A stretch of 32,000 nt of DNA from Pyrodictium abyssi (GCF_036323395.1 NZ_AP028907.1:1740001-1772000); one strand, 5' to 3'; numbered from the stretch's first letter, positions 1-8,861 are shown. A program made the numbers and translations. The notes: generated by a model from the sequence alone, not told the origin.

Positions 1-60
1 GGTGCCCATCGCACCCCGGGTGACAGCAGCCTCAAAAACAAGCCTACGCCGCTGCTTCAT
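1..60 (-). CDS. 5' end (first 20 codons, MKQRRRLVFEAAVTRGAMGT...) of an unidentified gene running off the left edge
   Basis: Minus-strand ATG at 58-60 with an open frame to position 1. A TATA-like TTATAATAA (minus strand, 81-89) lies about 25 nt upstream, which is leaderless-transcript geometry. Too little sequence to name a product. Confidence 0.3.
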   Translation of the reverse strand, partial: MKQRRRLVFEAAVTRGAMGT

Positions 61-80
61 CCACCAATTGCCCTGATAGA

Positions 81-89
81 TTATTATAA
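81..89 (-). promoter_or_regulatory. TATA-like box (TTATAATAA on minus strand)
   Basis: Isolated A/T block in G+C-rich DNA, centred about 25 nt upstream of the minus-strand ATG at 58-60. Confidence 0.3.
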
Positions 90-495
90 GAGTCTCATTG
101 GCCCTCGGATTCTAAGGATCCCACTACCGTGCTAAGAGTAGGCGCGCAGCCATGCCCAACGATGACGCAGCGAGGGGCCGAAGGCTAAGACCCGGCAAGA
201 GGCCATATAGTTGCATACCCGCCTACAGCACCCAAAGAGGGGGTTGCTAGGCTAGTAGCCCTGGGGCCAGTGGAGCCCCGAGAGGTGGAGGCGGCAGAGC
301 CCCATACTCTATGGCCCTCTGGCTGCGGGGAGGGGATGAGGATCTTTTCGGGGAGAGCGACCCGGGGGGCCCTCTTCTCCCGCCCCGGGGATGGCCTAGC
401 GGTTACCCAGCCGACCCCCAGCACACACGTCTTCCTAGAGCACTTGCAGCGGAGGCCAGGAGCGTAGGAGGAGCCCCGGGGACTCCTCGGGGCCG

Positions 496-500
496 AAAAA
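496..500 (-). terminator. Oligo-T tract (TTTTT on minus strand) downstream of the Roadblock gene
   Basis: T5 run about 25 nt after the stop at 524, next to a GCCCCG/CGGGGC inverted repeat. Archaeal termination typically uses oligo-T. Confidence 0.4.
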
Positions 501-523
501 CCATGGAAGAACAGGAGGGCGGG

Positions 524-892
524 CTAGAGTACGCTCCGGATGCGCTCTCTCTGCTTCCTGAGCTCGTAGCGTAGACGGCCGAGTATAGCGCGGCGATCCG
601 CCACGATTACGACGAGCGCCTCGCCGACGTCGTCGAACAGGATGTAGTTGTTACGGTACTCGATTATAACGCCGGTTATGTCCCCGAGGTTTAGCTCGTC
701 TCCTAGACGGGTAGCTGCACCGTAGAGCGTCGTGACCATAGCCGCGAGCGAGTCCGGGTCGAAGCTCGTCTCCCCGATGAACACGTGGTCGATTATGAAG
801 CCGTCCTTGGAGACTATGGCTGCTGCCTGGACGCCCTCTATCCTCGTGAAGTCTGTGAGTACTACTCTCATGGGGGATGACACTCTAGCCAC
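524..892 (-). CDS. Roadblock/LC7 (MglB-like) domain protein
   Basis: 122-aa ORF. The blocks IEGVQAAAIVSKDGFIIDH, DPDSLAAMVTTLYGAATRLGDEL, ITGVIIEYRNNYILFDDVGE and ALVVIVADRRAILGRLRYEL match the Roadblock/LC7 family pattern as I know it. Confidence 0.85.
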   Translation of the reverse strand: MARVSSPMRVVLTDFTRIEGVQAAAIVSKDGFIIDHVFIGETSFDPDSLAAMVTTLYGAATRLGDELNLGDITGVIIEYRNNYILFDDVGEALVVIVADRRAILGRLRYELRKQRERIRSVL

Positions 893-917
893 CAGCCTAG
901 CTATATCCAGTTAGTGG

Positions 918-928
918 AAATAAAAATT
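918..928 (-). promoter_or_regulatory. TATA-like box (AATTTTTATTT on minus strand) for the Roadblock gene
   Basis: A/T-rich block 26-36 nt upstream of the start at 892, consistent with a leaderless or near-leaderless mRNA. Confidence 0.45.
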
Positions 929-1049
929 ACTATCCACGCAAGTCTTTCTTTTAGCTACTATCTTCGATTAGCCGTAGAAGCGCCGGGATAGCGGCTATCC
1001 CGCATAAGCACCCTAGGCACTGGTGCGCTACGCGCCCGGGGCCATGGGG

Positions 1050-1880
1050 CTACTCGTTCTCCCGGCTGCGCTGCCGCTCCAGAGCGCCCGCCCCGGCTAG
1101 GCCGAGCGCTGCTGCCGTAGCGCCCTCGGCCCCGAGCCCTAGCGGGTAGAATACGAGCATGTTCTTCTCCTTCGCTACCTCTATGAGTGTCTGCAGCTCC
1201 CTCAGCCGGAGCGCTGCCGGGTGCCTCTCGTAGAGCTCCGCAGCCTCTGCTAGTATCCTGGCCGCCTGGCGCTCACCCTCAGCCTCTATTATCTTGGCCC
1301 TCCTCCACCTCTCAGCCTCCGCCTGCCTCGCCATAGCCCGCACCATGCCCTCGGGCAGCAGCACCTCCTTGATAGTGACCGCCGTGACCTTGATGCCCCA
1401 GGGGTCGGTGAGCTCGTCGAGTATCTTCTGTATCTCCTTGTTCAGCTCCTCCCGCTTCGTCAGGAGGTCGTCTAGCTCGCTCCTACCTATCACGTCCCTT
1501 AGCACGGTCTGGGCGAGCATCGTGACCGCGAGGTGGTAGTTGCGGACCGATAGCACGGCCTTGAGCGGGTCCTGGACACGGTAGTACACCACAGCGTCTA
1601 CCGAGACCTCCACGTTGTCCCGGGTTATGATTCGCTGGCGTGGCACGTCAACGGTGTGTATACGCAGGTCTATTATCATTATCCTGTCTATCACAGGTAT
1701 TATGACCACGAGGCCGGGGCCCTTCACGCCTATAACGCGGCCCAGCCTGAAGACCACGGCGCGCTCGTACTCGCGTATAACCCTGATACTATAGGCGAGT
1801 ATCACTAGGACCACGAGAAGGCCCAGAGCCAAGGCTACGAAGCTTTCGAGTCCGGCTGGCACAGCTTGGCTTGTAGGCAA
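1050..1880 (-). CDS. Stomatin / SPFH (band 7) family membrane protein
   Basis: 276-aa ORF with an N-terminal TM helix followed by an SPFH core (REYERAVVFRLGR, TRDNVEVSVDAVVYYRV, LRDVIGRSELDDLL, DPWGIKVTAVTIKEV, AMARQAEAERWRRAKIIEAEGERQAA). The TTG start at 1880 is uncertain; an in-frame GTG at 1862 is possible. Confidence 0.9.
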   Translation of the reverse strand: MPTSQAVPAGLESFVALALGLLVVLVILAYSIRVIREYERAVVFRLGRVIGVKGPGLVVIIPVIDRIMIIDLRIHTVDVPRQRIITRDNVEVSVDAVVYYRVQDPLKAVLSVRNYHLAVTMLAQTVLRDVIGRSELDDLLTKREELNKEIQKILDELTDPWGIKVTAVTIKEVLLPEGMVRAMARQAEAERWRRAKIIEAEGERQAARILAEAAELYERHPAALRLRELQTLIEVAKEKNMLVFYPLGLGAEGATAAALGLAGAGALERQRSRENE

Positions 1881-2180
1881 GGCTTCTAGCCACCTACCGG
1901 CCTGTACACTCCACTGTTGTACGGCATCAGCAGGCTAATGTATTGCTTGCCCCTTCGGCTCCCGATAGGACTGCCATGGCGCTCGGCAACCGGCTACAGG
2001 ACCCGGTCATGATGGCGCATGTTGTAACTGCTTATAGCTAGGTTTTAAAGGGGTGGTATAGCTAGTTCACCCGCCTAGGCCCCGAGGGGCCCGGGGGTAA
2101 CGCAGCAGGCCCCCCAGGCCAGTTGGCCTCTGTAGCAGCTGCTACGGGGTGGAGGCTGTGGAGTTGGATTCGCGGAGGCT

Positions 2181-3098
2181 GTGAGGAGAAGAGGCCCCCT
2201 GGACCCGCTGGGCTGCGTGTTCTGCCTAGTGTATGGTAGGCTCCAGCCCCTGGCCGGCGACCGTGGAAAGCAGGCCAGGATACTGGCTAAGGCTGCGGAG
2301 CTCGTCGCGCGGTGGCCTAGCCGCACCACAGTGTTCGTCGAGAGCTACGACTACCTCGAGAAGCTAGTAGGGGTCTACAACCTGTACCGTGAGCGTAAGG
2401 AGGCCCTGAACAAGGCCGCGCTGGAGACGCTCGAGGCCCTAGACCCCAGCTCCATGTCTGTGGCCGAGCTGTTCTCGTTCATGGCTGCTGCTAACGGCGT
2501 GGACATACCTATGCCCGGCTACACCCCGGGGATAGAGAAGCTGATACGCGGGCTACGGGATAAGCCGGTTTGGCTCGGCCTGTCGGAGGAGGCTGCGGAG
2601 AGGCTCCTCGGCGCCGCTGAGAGAATTGTGGTTGTGCTGGATAACGCTGGCGAGGCTGTGTTCGACATAGCTGCCGCGGCCGAGCTGTCTAGGAGGAGTG
2701 GTAAGCCGCTCTACATCGTGGCTAGGGGCGAGCCCTACGAGGTCGATGTGACCCTCGAGGAGGCTGTGGGCCTTGCCGCGAAGCTTGCGCCGAGGGCGCG
2801 GGTGGTTAGCACTGGCGGCAGGTACCCCGTGTTCCACCCGAGGGCCCCTGCGGAGGCTCGGAGGCTGCTAGGGCGTGGCTCACTAGTCCTCGTCAAGGGT
2901 ATTGCTAACCTCGAGGCGTTCCTAGACTACCCGGAGTCCGTGGAGGGGAATGGAGCCGTGGTGTTCCTGCTGAGGGCCAAGTGCGAGCCGCTAGCAAGGC
3001 TGTTCGGTGTGGGCCGCGCCGAGCCGGTGGTGGCGGCGCCCGCGTGGCTGCTGAGGAGGGTCCAAGAGCTGGCGGCCAGCAGGGCTGCCAGCCCCTAG
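2181..3098 (+). CDS. DUF89 / ARMT1-like metal-dependent damage-control phosphatase
   Basis: 305-aa ORF with the family signature blocks VLDNAGEAVFD and LVKGIANLEAF. GTG start; an in-frame stop 45 nt upstream limits any extension. Confidence 0.75.
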   Translation: MRRRGPLDPLGCVFCLVYGRLQPLAGDRGKQARILAKAAELVARWPSRTTVFVESYDYLEKLVGVYNLYRERKEALNKAALETLEALDPSSMSVAELFSFMAAANGVDIPMPGYTPGIEKLIRGLRDKPVWLGLSEEAAERLLGAAERIVVVLDNAGEAVFDIAAAAELSRRSGKPLYIVARGEPYEVDVTLEEAVGLAAKLAPRARVVSTGGRYPVFHPRAPAEARRLLGRGSLVLVKGIANLEAFLDYPESVEGNGAVVFLLRAKCEPLARLFGVGRAEPVVAAPAWLLRRVQELAASRAASP

Positions 3099-3150
3099 CC
3101 CCCGTGGGGCTAGCTCTTTAGACCCCCGGCCCGGCTCTTGCAGCAGTCAT

Positions 3151-4002
3151 GTGGTGGAGTGGGCCCTGGCTGTGCTGCGTATAGCCCATACTCCTGACCC
3201 GGACGACGCCTACATGTTCTATGGCCTGGTCTCCGGGGCTGTCAGGGTCCAGGGGTTCGACAGGGTAGAGGACATAGTAGAGGACATCGAGACTCTTAAC
3301 CGCCGTATTGTCGAGGAGGGCTGGGACATCGAGGTTAGCGCTGCTAGTGCCCACGCCTACGCGTACATGGCTGACCGCTACTACGTGATGGTGGCCGGGG
3401 CTAGTATGGGCGAGGGCTACGGCCCGGTAGTGGTCTCGCGGAGGCACATGAGCAGCCTGGAGGGCGCGAGGGTCGCTGTGCCCGGCAGGTATACGACGGC
3501 GCGGCTCCTCCTAAGGCTGGCGACGGGTGGGGGCTACCGGGAGGTGTTCGCGAGGTTCGACAGGATACCCGACATGGTTCTCCGGGGCGAGGTCGACGCC
3601 GGGCTGCTTATCCACGAGGCCCAGCTCACCTACCACGAGATGGGGCTTGTGAAGGTCCTCGACCTCTGGGAGTGGTGGAGCAGTGTGGCCCCCGGGCTCC
3701 CTATGCCGCTGGGCGTAGACGTTGTCTCCAAGAGGCTCGGCGCCGAGGCTGCTAGGGCCGTGAGGGAGGCCCTGCAGGAGAGCATAAGGTACGCGTGGAG
3801 CCACCACGAGGAGGCACTGCGCTATGCTAGTAGGTTTGCGCGCAGCGGCAGCATGGAGCAGCTCAGCAGGTTCGTGAGGATGTACGTCAACGAGCGCACG
3901 CTAGACATGGGGCCGGAGGGGCGCCGGGCGCACAGGCTCCTCTACGAGATGGCGTGGGACGAGAAGCTCATACCTGAGCTTGTTGAGCCCGAGTTCGTCT
4001 AG
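3151..4002 (+). CDS. MqnA/MqnD-family protein (futalosine-route menaquinone biosynthesis, VitK2_biosynth family)
   Basis: 283-aa ORF with N-terminal RIAHTPDPDDAYMFYGL and a binding-protein-like layout typical of this family. I cannot separate MqnA from MqnD by eye. The in-frame GTG at 3172 gives the family-typical N-terminus MLRIAH and may be the true start. Confidence 0.7.
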   Translation: MVEWALAVLRIAHTPDPDDAYMFYGLVSGAVRVQGFDRVEDIVEDIETLNRRIVEEGWDIEVSAASAHAYAYMADRYYVMVAGASMGEGYGPVVVSRRHMSSLEGARVAVPGRYTTARLLLRLATGGGYREVFARFDRIPDMVLRGEVDAGLLIHEAQLTYHEMGLVKVLDLWEWWSSVAPGLPMPLGVDVVSKRLGAEAARAVREALQESIRYAWSHHEEALRYASRFARSGSMEQLSRFVRMYVNERTLDMGPEGRRAHRLLYEMAWDEKLIPELVEPEFV

Positions 4003-4130
4003 CCCCGTGGCTGGTCTTCCGCCCCACAGTGGCTCTCTTCTCCCCTGGGGGCTCTTTCCAGGAGCCCGTGTAGACCCCTGGGTGCGGGTTTCGCTCCCGG
4101 CTCTTCCGTAGATTCTTTCACCCCAGCACC

Positions 4131-5681
4131 TTGAATCAGCACCTTCGGGTCTATAGCCCCGCACCGGTAACGGGGGCGCGCAGAGCCTTGAGCGAGCAGA
4201 ACGGGTGCAGCAACGGTATAGCATGCCTAGGCGGCGTGGGAGGCCCGTGGCCGCGCCGGCTACGGGTAGGCCTGCTGGACTCTACGCTGCGCGAGGGTGA
4301 GCAGACTCCCGGCGTGAGTTTCACTGTGGAGCAGAAGCTCGAGATAGCCAGGCTGCTAGACGAGGCAGGCGTCTCGATGATAGAGGCGGGCCACCCGAAC
4401 GTGGCCCCAGACGTGTACGAGGCGGTGAAGCGCATCATAGGGCTGAAGAGGGAGGGTGTGATAAGGCGCGCAGAGATAGTGGCCCACAGCAGGGCTGTGA
4501 AGAAGGACATAGAGGTGGCGGCTGAGCTCGAGCCGGACCGTATAGCGATATTCTACGGTGTCAGCGACATCCACCTCAGGTACAAGCACCGGGTCTCCCG
4601 CGAGGAGGCCCTATCGATCATAGGGGAGGTCATCGAGTACGCTCGCCAGTACGGGGTAAAGGTACGCTTCACAGCCGAGGACGCCACACGGGCCGACTAC
4701 GGCTTCCTCCTGGAGGCTGTCCGCACAGCCCGCGAAGCGGGGGCAGACCGCGTGTCCATAGCCGACACCGTGGGCATCGCTACGCCCTACGCTATACGCA
4801 GGCTCTTCGAGAGGCTCACCTCCGACGAGCCCGGGGTAGAGTACGATATCCACGCGCACAACGACCTCGGGATGGCGGTGGCGAATAGCTTAGCGGCCGT
4901 AGAGGGCGGCGCCACGATAATACACGTTACCGTGAACGGGCTCGGCGAGAGGGCTGGCATAGCCCCGCTCGAGCAGGTAGCAGTGGCCCTCAAGCGCCAC
5001 TACGGGGTAGACGTTGTCGACCTCCGCCGCGTGGTCCGCCTCTCTAGGCTAGTCGAGAGGTACAGCGGCATACCAGTGCCGCCTACCGCTCCCGTGGTGG
5101 GCGAGAACGCCTTCGTGCACAAGGCCGGTGTCCACGTGGCCGGTGTGCTCGCTAACCCCGAGACCTACGAGCCTTATCCCCCGGAGTGGGTGGGTAGGAG
5201 CCGCGACTACACTATAGACAAGTACACGGGGCGCCGCGCGCTACAGGCCCGGCTCGAGAGGCTGGGCGTAAGGGTCTCCGACGAGGAGCTAGTAGAGATA
5301 CTCAAGAGGGTTAAGCAGCGTGCCAGTGCCCGGTGGCTACGGGACGAGGACCTCCTTGAGATCGCGGAGGAGGTTACGGGCCGCGCCCTGAGGCCGAGGC
5401 CCCCGGAGGAGATAGAGGCTCTTGTCACCGTGAAGTGCGAGGCTAACATCTACACGACTAGCGTGGCTAGGCGGCTCAGCATCATACCCGGCGTAGAGGA
5501 GGTCGCCGAGGTCACGGGCGAGAACGATATCCTGCTCCGCGTGAGGGCTAAGAGCCCGGTAGAGCTCAACCAGGTGGTTGAGGCGATACGCAGTACACGG
5601 GGCGTACGGGAGACCTATACCATGCTAGTCCTACGCCGTATACCCATGAGCGGCGGGAATGGCGGCCAGCGGCAGCAGTAG
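4131..5681 (+). CDS. Homocitrate synthase / 2-isopropylmalate synthase family enzyme with a C-terminal RAM (AsnC/Lrp ligand-domain-like) extension
   Basis: 516-aa ORF with HMGL-like barrel motifs LLDSTLREGEQTPGVSF, HAHNDLGMAVANSLAAVEGGA and TVNGLGERAGIAPLE. An extra 80 residues (nt 5406-5645) have a beta-alpha-beta-beta-alpha-beta-looking pattern. The start is uncertain: TTG 4131 (track), TTG 4188 (about 34 nt after TATA-like TCTATAGCC at 4150-4158) or GTG 4236. Confidence 0.85.
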   Translation: MNQHLRVYSPAPVTGARRALSEQNGCSNGIACLGGVGGPWPRRLRVGLLDSTLREGEQTPGVSFTVEQKLEIARLLDEAGVSMIEAGHPNVAPDVYEAVKRIIGLKREGVIRRAEIVAHSRAVKKDIEVAAELEPDRIAIFYGVSDIHLRYKHRVSREEALSIIGEVIEYARQYGVKVRFTAEDATRADYGFLLEAVRTAREAGADRVSIADTVGIATPYAIRRLFERLTSDEPGVEYDIHAHNDLGMAVANSLAAVEGGATIIHVTVNGLGERAGIAPLEQVAVALKRHYGVDVVDLRRVVRLSRLVERYSGIPVPPTAPVVGENAFVHKAGVHVAGVLANPETYEPYPPEWVGRSRDYTIDKYTGRRALQARLERLGVRVSDEELVEILKRVKQRASARWLRDEDLLEIAEEVTGRALRPRPPEEIEALVTVKCEANIYTTSVARRLSIIPGVEEVAEVTGENDILLRVRAKSPVELNQVVEAIRSTRGVRETYTMLVLRRIPMSGGNGGQRQQ

Positions 5682-5867
5682 CCGCCCCCACGGTATGGAG
5701 CCGCGCCGTCTACCCTCCTGTTTCTCGGCTGCGTGCCCCCCCCGGCTTCTACGCCCGTGGAAGAGTTTATGAGGAGCCGTAGCCCTATTAGCCTCTGTAG
5801 GGCCTGGGGCGTCTCTGTGTCCTCTAGAGCCCCGGGGGCAGCGGTGCTCTTCTAAAGCACGGAGAGG

Positions 5868-5880
5868 TAATATAGTATAA
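5868..5880 (+). promoter_or_regulatory. TATA-like box TAATATAGTATAA
   Basis: A/T block centred about 22 nt upstream of the GTG at 5896, which is leaderless geometry. Confidence 0.5.
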
Positions 5881-5895
5881 GAGGGGAGTAGGGCT

Positions 5896-6339
5896 GTGAG
5901 CAGACCAGGTGAGGTACGCGTGATAGACTACGCTTTCCTCAAGCAGCTTGACGAGTGGGTTCGTATGCAGAAGAAGCTGCTGGAGACGTTTAAGGAGACT
6001 GCTGAGAAGGTAGAGCAGGGCGACCGGCTGGACCTTATAGTGGCCACGAGGGCGGCGTTCCAGCACATGATAAGGACCATCAAGGCGTTCGACAACTGGC
6101 TGCAGGACCCGGTCATAATAGCGCACGTACCCAGGGAGATGCTGCTAGAGGTCTGGAAGGTTATGTATGATGTGCTACAGCAGCTCCTCGAGATAGACAT
6201 CAAGCACACGAGCGACGTGAGGAACCTCCTGGAGGAGCTAGCCCGGGAGGGTAAGCTCAACCCGCTCGTAGCAACGGTGAAGCAGACGGGTGATGAGGAC
6301 GAGTCTGCGAGCAGGAGGCCGCCAACAATGATGATATAA
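5896..6339 (+). CDS. Hypothetical helical protein, family not recognised
   Basis: 147-aa ORF with its own TATA box, an acidic C-terminus and a heptad-like helical sequence. No motif I can name. Confidence 0.6.
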   Translation: MSRPGEVRVIDYAFLKQLDEWVRMQKKLLETFKETAEKVEQGDRLDLIVATRAAFQHMIRTIKAFDNWLQDPVIIAHVPREMLLEVWKVMYDVLQQLLEIDIKHTSDVRNLLEELAREGKLNPLVATVKQTGDEDESASRRPPTMMI

Positions 6340-6387
6340 TGTGGCCCCTGTGCCGCCTCTCTCCTCCCTCTCTTTGCGCGCGCCTAG

Positions 6388-7020
6388 CTACGCTGGTTCT
6401 AGGCGCTCCCCCGTCGCCACGTAGTAGGCAGCAGACGCTATGTAGACTGCGTGGTCGGCTATCCTCTCTAGGTGGCGGAGGAGTAGTAGTCTGGCCACCT
6501 CGCAGCGGTCTAGGCTCTCGCTCCCGGAGAGGCTGTCGAGAGCCTCTATGTAGGCCCGGTCTATCTCCTCGTCTAGTGCTAGCACCGAGCGGGCCCGGCT
6601 GGAGTCCTCGCTCTGGAGCGCCATGTAGGCCATGGAGAGCATCTCCTCGACCTTCTCGCGCAGCCTAGAGGCCTCCCCCGCCGTTGAGGAGCAGCCGCGG
6701 GGCATGCGCTCGTACAGCCTGGCTATCTCTAGCGCGTAGCGCGATACCCGGAAGAGGTCGTAGGAGGCCTCCATGTAGGCTGTTATCCTCCGGAGGTCGC
6801 TGGCCATAGGCTGGAACCTTGCTAGGGCCTCCACGGACTTCTCTACTATCCTCTGGCGTAGCCTCCCAGCCTCCCTGCTGTGCTCTACTACTCCGCCAGC
6901 GTCCCTCTCGTCGCCGGATACCAGCTTCATCGCCTTGTCGAGCGCTGCTAGGGCCTCGTCGAACAGCCTATCGAGCAGCCCGGCTATATCCGATAGGACT
7001 ACCTCTATCGGCCTAGTCAA
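6388..7020 (-). CDS. phoU: PhoU-family protein (phosphate-signalling accessory protein homologue)
   Basis: 210-aa ORF with two PhoU-type helical repeats. The hallmark LLLRHLERIADHAVYIA lies in the second repeat. No pst transporter genes are in the window. Confidence 0.8.
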   Translation of the reverse strand: MTRPIEVVLSDIAGLLDRLFDEALAALDKAMKLVSGDERDAGGVVEHSREAGRLRQRIVEKSVEALARFQPMASDLRRITAYMEASYDLFRVSRYALEIARLYERMPRGCSSTAGEASRLREKVEEMLSMAYMALQSEDSSRARSVLALDEEIDRAYIEALDSLSGSESLDRCEVARLLLLRHLERIADHAVYIASAAYYVATGERLEPA

Positions 7021-7174
7021 GGCTACCTCCCCGAGGTGCCCTCTAGCGAGCTGTGGAATGTAGCGTAGGCGCGGCCGTCCTTACATAGCTTGTCTCCCCA
7101 GGGCTACACTATATACGTTAGCCTAGAGGTGTACCCGGAGGAGGGGTGGCCGCTCCACGGCGAAGCCAGGCGCT

Positions 7175-7657
7175 GTGTTGAGGCTCCCGCCGCGGGTGAA
7201 GGTTCTTGAAGCCCTGGGCGCTGTCGCCGACGGCCGTGTCGTGGAGCTCCGGGAGAGGCTCTACCGGGTGGCTAGCAGCGAGGGGGACCGCTGGTACCTA
7301 GTGTACGTCGACCCGGAGCAGCGGCTGGCGTACAGCGATGACAACGGGACGCGGTACAGGGGCTACGTAGGGTACCCGATAATAGCCGTGCTTATGCTCC
7401 AGGGCCGTCTGCCGTTCGACGACAGGGTGGCTAGGGCTCTACGGAACATCCCCTGGAGGAGGCTCAACGAGAGGTACCGGAGGTACGCTCTGGTCGAGCA
7501 GCACGTCAAGAGGCTAGCCGCCGAGAGGGGCGTAGAGCCCAGCGAGCTGGATGGGCTCGTTTCGCGGGTCCTCCAGGCTCTACGCGGGCTAGGGCTACGC
7601 TACACCGGTTCACCACCACTAGTCCCCGGAGGCGGCCACAGTGCCGGCAGAGAGTAG
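7175..7657 (+). CDS. Hypothetical protein
   Basis: 160-aa GTG-initiated ORF that overlaps the next ORF by 17 nt. Family not recognised. Confidence 0.55.
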   Translation: MLRLPPRVKVLEALGAVADGRVVELRERLYRVASSEGDRWYLVYVDPEQRLAYSDDNGTRYRGYVGYPIIAVLMLQGRLPFDDRVARALRNIPWRRLNERYRRYALVEQHVKRLAAERGVEPSELDGLVSRVLQALRGLGLRYTGSPPLVPGGGHSAGRE

Positions 7658-7937
7658 CGACGTCTGCAGGGTGGTAAGGGCGCTAGCGAGCCGGGGCATA
7701 GCGTCCGCCGAGTACCTGGCTGCTGTTACGGGTCTCCCCCGCCACCGGGTGGAGATGGTGCTAGCGCTGCTTGAGGCTAGCCGGCTAGTAGAGAGGGTAG
7801 ACCCCGCCGGCGGGAGCCCGTGTAGTAGGTGCCCCCTGGCCGGGCTCTGCGGCGCAGGGCCCGGAGCCGGAGCGGGGAGGAGGACCAGTTTCTACCGGCT
7901 GGCCCGGCTCGCGCTAGAAGCCTGCAAGGAGGAGTAG
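7641..7937 (+). CDS. Small putative winged-helix DNA-binding protein with a Cys cluster
   Basis: 98-aa ORF. VRALASRGIASAEYLAAVTGLPRHRVEMVLALLEASRLVERV resembles a MarR/TrmB/ArsR-type wHTH and is followed by CSRCPLAGLC. The start is ambiguous. Confidence 0.5.
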   Translation: MPAESSDVCRVVRALASRGIASAEYLAAVTGLPRHRVEMVLALLEASRLVERVDPAGGSPCSRCPLAGLCGAGPGAGAGRRTSFYRLARLALEACKEE

Positions 7938-8861
7938 CCTGTCCACCACCACCCCGGTGCCCGCTACCACGCCTACTGCTAGGTTGAGGTTGAAGGCCCT
8001 GGGCACCGCGTCTACGCCGTGCCTCGCTAGTAGCAGGTGCTGGTAGGCTATCAGCAGCGAGGCTAGTAGGAGCGAGGCTAGCGCGACTGGGCCTAGCCCG
8101 TAGGCGGGGACTGAGGCTAGTAGCAGGGCTATGCTGGCGGCGTGCATGAGCCTGGAGGCCCAGAGGGCGTCCCTGAGCCCTAGCCGCGCGGGTATACTCC
8201 CCAGGCCCATCCTCCGGTCGAACTCCATGTCCATTACGGCGTAGAACGTGTCGAAGCCGGCCACCCAGAGGGAGACAGCCGCGACGTAGAGCCAGGGTAC
8301 GCGGCCCAGTACGTCGCCGAGGCTGGCTGCATGGGCTCCGTAGGCTGCTACCGCGCCGCCTAGGACTACTGTGCCGAGCACTAGGCCTAGGTGTAGGTGG
8401 GGGAGCCAGTGCAGCCTCTTAGCGTGCGGGTAGCTGAGGGCAGCAGCCCAGAGCACCGGGGCCAGCATCAGCGCGTACCTGTTGAGCAGCGCGGCCGAGG
8501 CGTAGTAGAGGGCGGAGCCGGCCGCTACCGCTGCCCAGGCGTCGCGGAGGCTCACAGCCCCGGTGACTAGCGGCCTGCCCCGGGTGCGCGGGTTAGCCCT
8601 GTCTATGTCCAGGTCCGCGATGTTGTTGTACGCCATGGCCGCTGTGCGTAGGCCTAGCAGGGCCAGCGCTATCAGGATGGAGGTGCGGGCGTCGAGGCAC
8701 TCTAGACACGCTAGGACCGCGCCCGCGTAGGCGAAGGGTAGGCTGAACAGCGTGTGCTCTATCCGGACTAGCCTCATAACGGCGTGTAGGCGCGAGCCCC
8801 TGCTGGTCCTCCCCGGGTCCCAGCCGCCGCTCTGCACAGCCCCTGCAGCCCCCGCGTACAC
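7914..8861 (-). CDS. UbiA-superfamily aromatic prenyltransferase (4-hydroxybenzoate / MqnP-like subgroup)
   Basis: Polytopic membrane ORF with the Asp-rich motifs NNIADLDIDRANPRTRGRPLVTG and FYAVMDMEFD. RLVRIEHTLFSLPFAYAG is typical of the archaeal UbiA-other subgroup. The likely true start is the ATG at 8777 (MRLVRIEH). Confidence 0.85.
   Translation of the reverse strand: MYAGAAGAVQSGGWDPGRTSRGSRLHAVMRLVRIEHTLFSLPFAYAGAVLACLECLDARTSILIALALLGLRTAAMAYNNIADLDIDRANPRTRGRPLVTGAVSLRDAWAAVAAGSALYYASAALLNRYALMLAPVLWAAALSYPHAKRLHWLPHLHLGLVLGTVVLGGAVAAYGAHAASLGDVLGRVPWLYVAAVSLWVAGFDTFYAVMDMEFDRRMGLGSIPARLGLRDALWASRLMHAASIALLLASVPAYGLGPVALASLLLASLLIAYQHLLLARHGVDAVPRAFNLNLAVGVVAGTGVVVDRLLLLAGF

Noticed and set aside
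185-574. Three overlapping 65-87-aa ORFs in the left intergenic region
   Set aside because: They overlap one another in different frames and strands, are Pro/Gly/Arg-rich, and have no promoter or SD context. I treated them as G+C artefacts.
984-1002. Perfect 9-bp inverted repeat CGGGATAGC-G-GCTATCCCG between the stomatin stop and the Roadblock promoter
   Set aside because: A 1-nt spacer cannot form a normal hairpin loop and there is no adjacent oligo-T. It may be a protein-binding palindrome, but I have no supporting evidence.
6339-6668. 109-aa + strand ORF (Pro/Arg/Ser-rich)
   Set aside because: It is antisense to the PhoU gene and has no recognisable fold or start signals.
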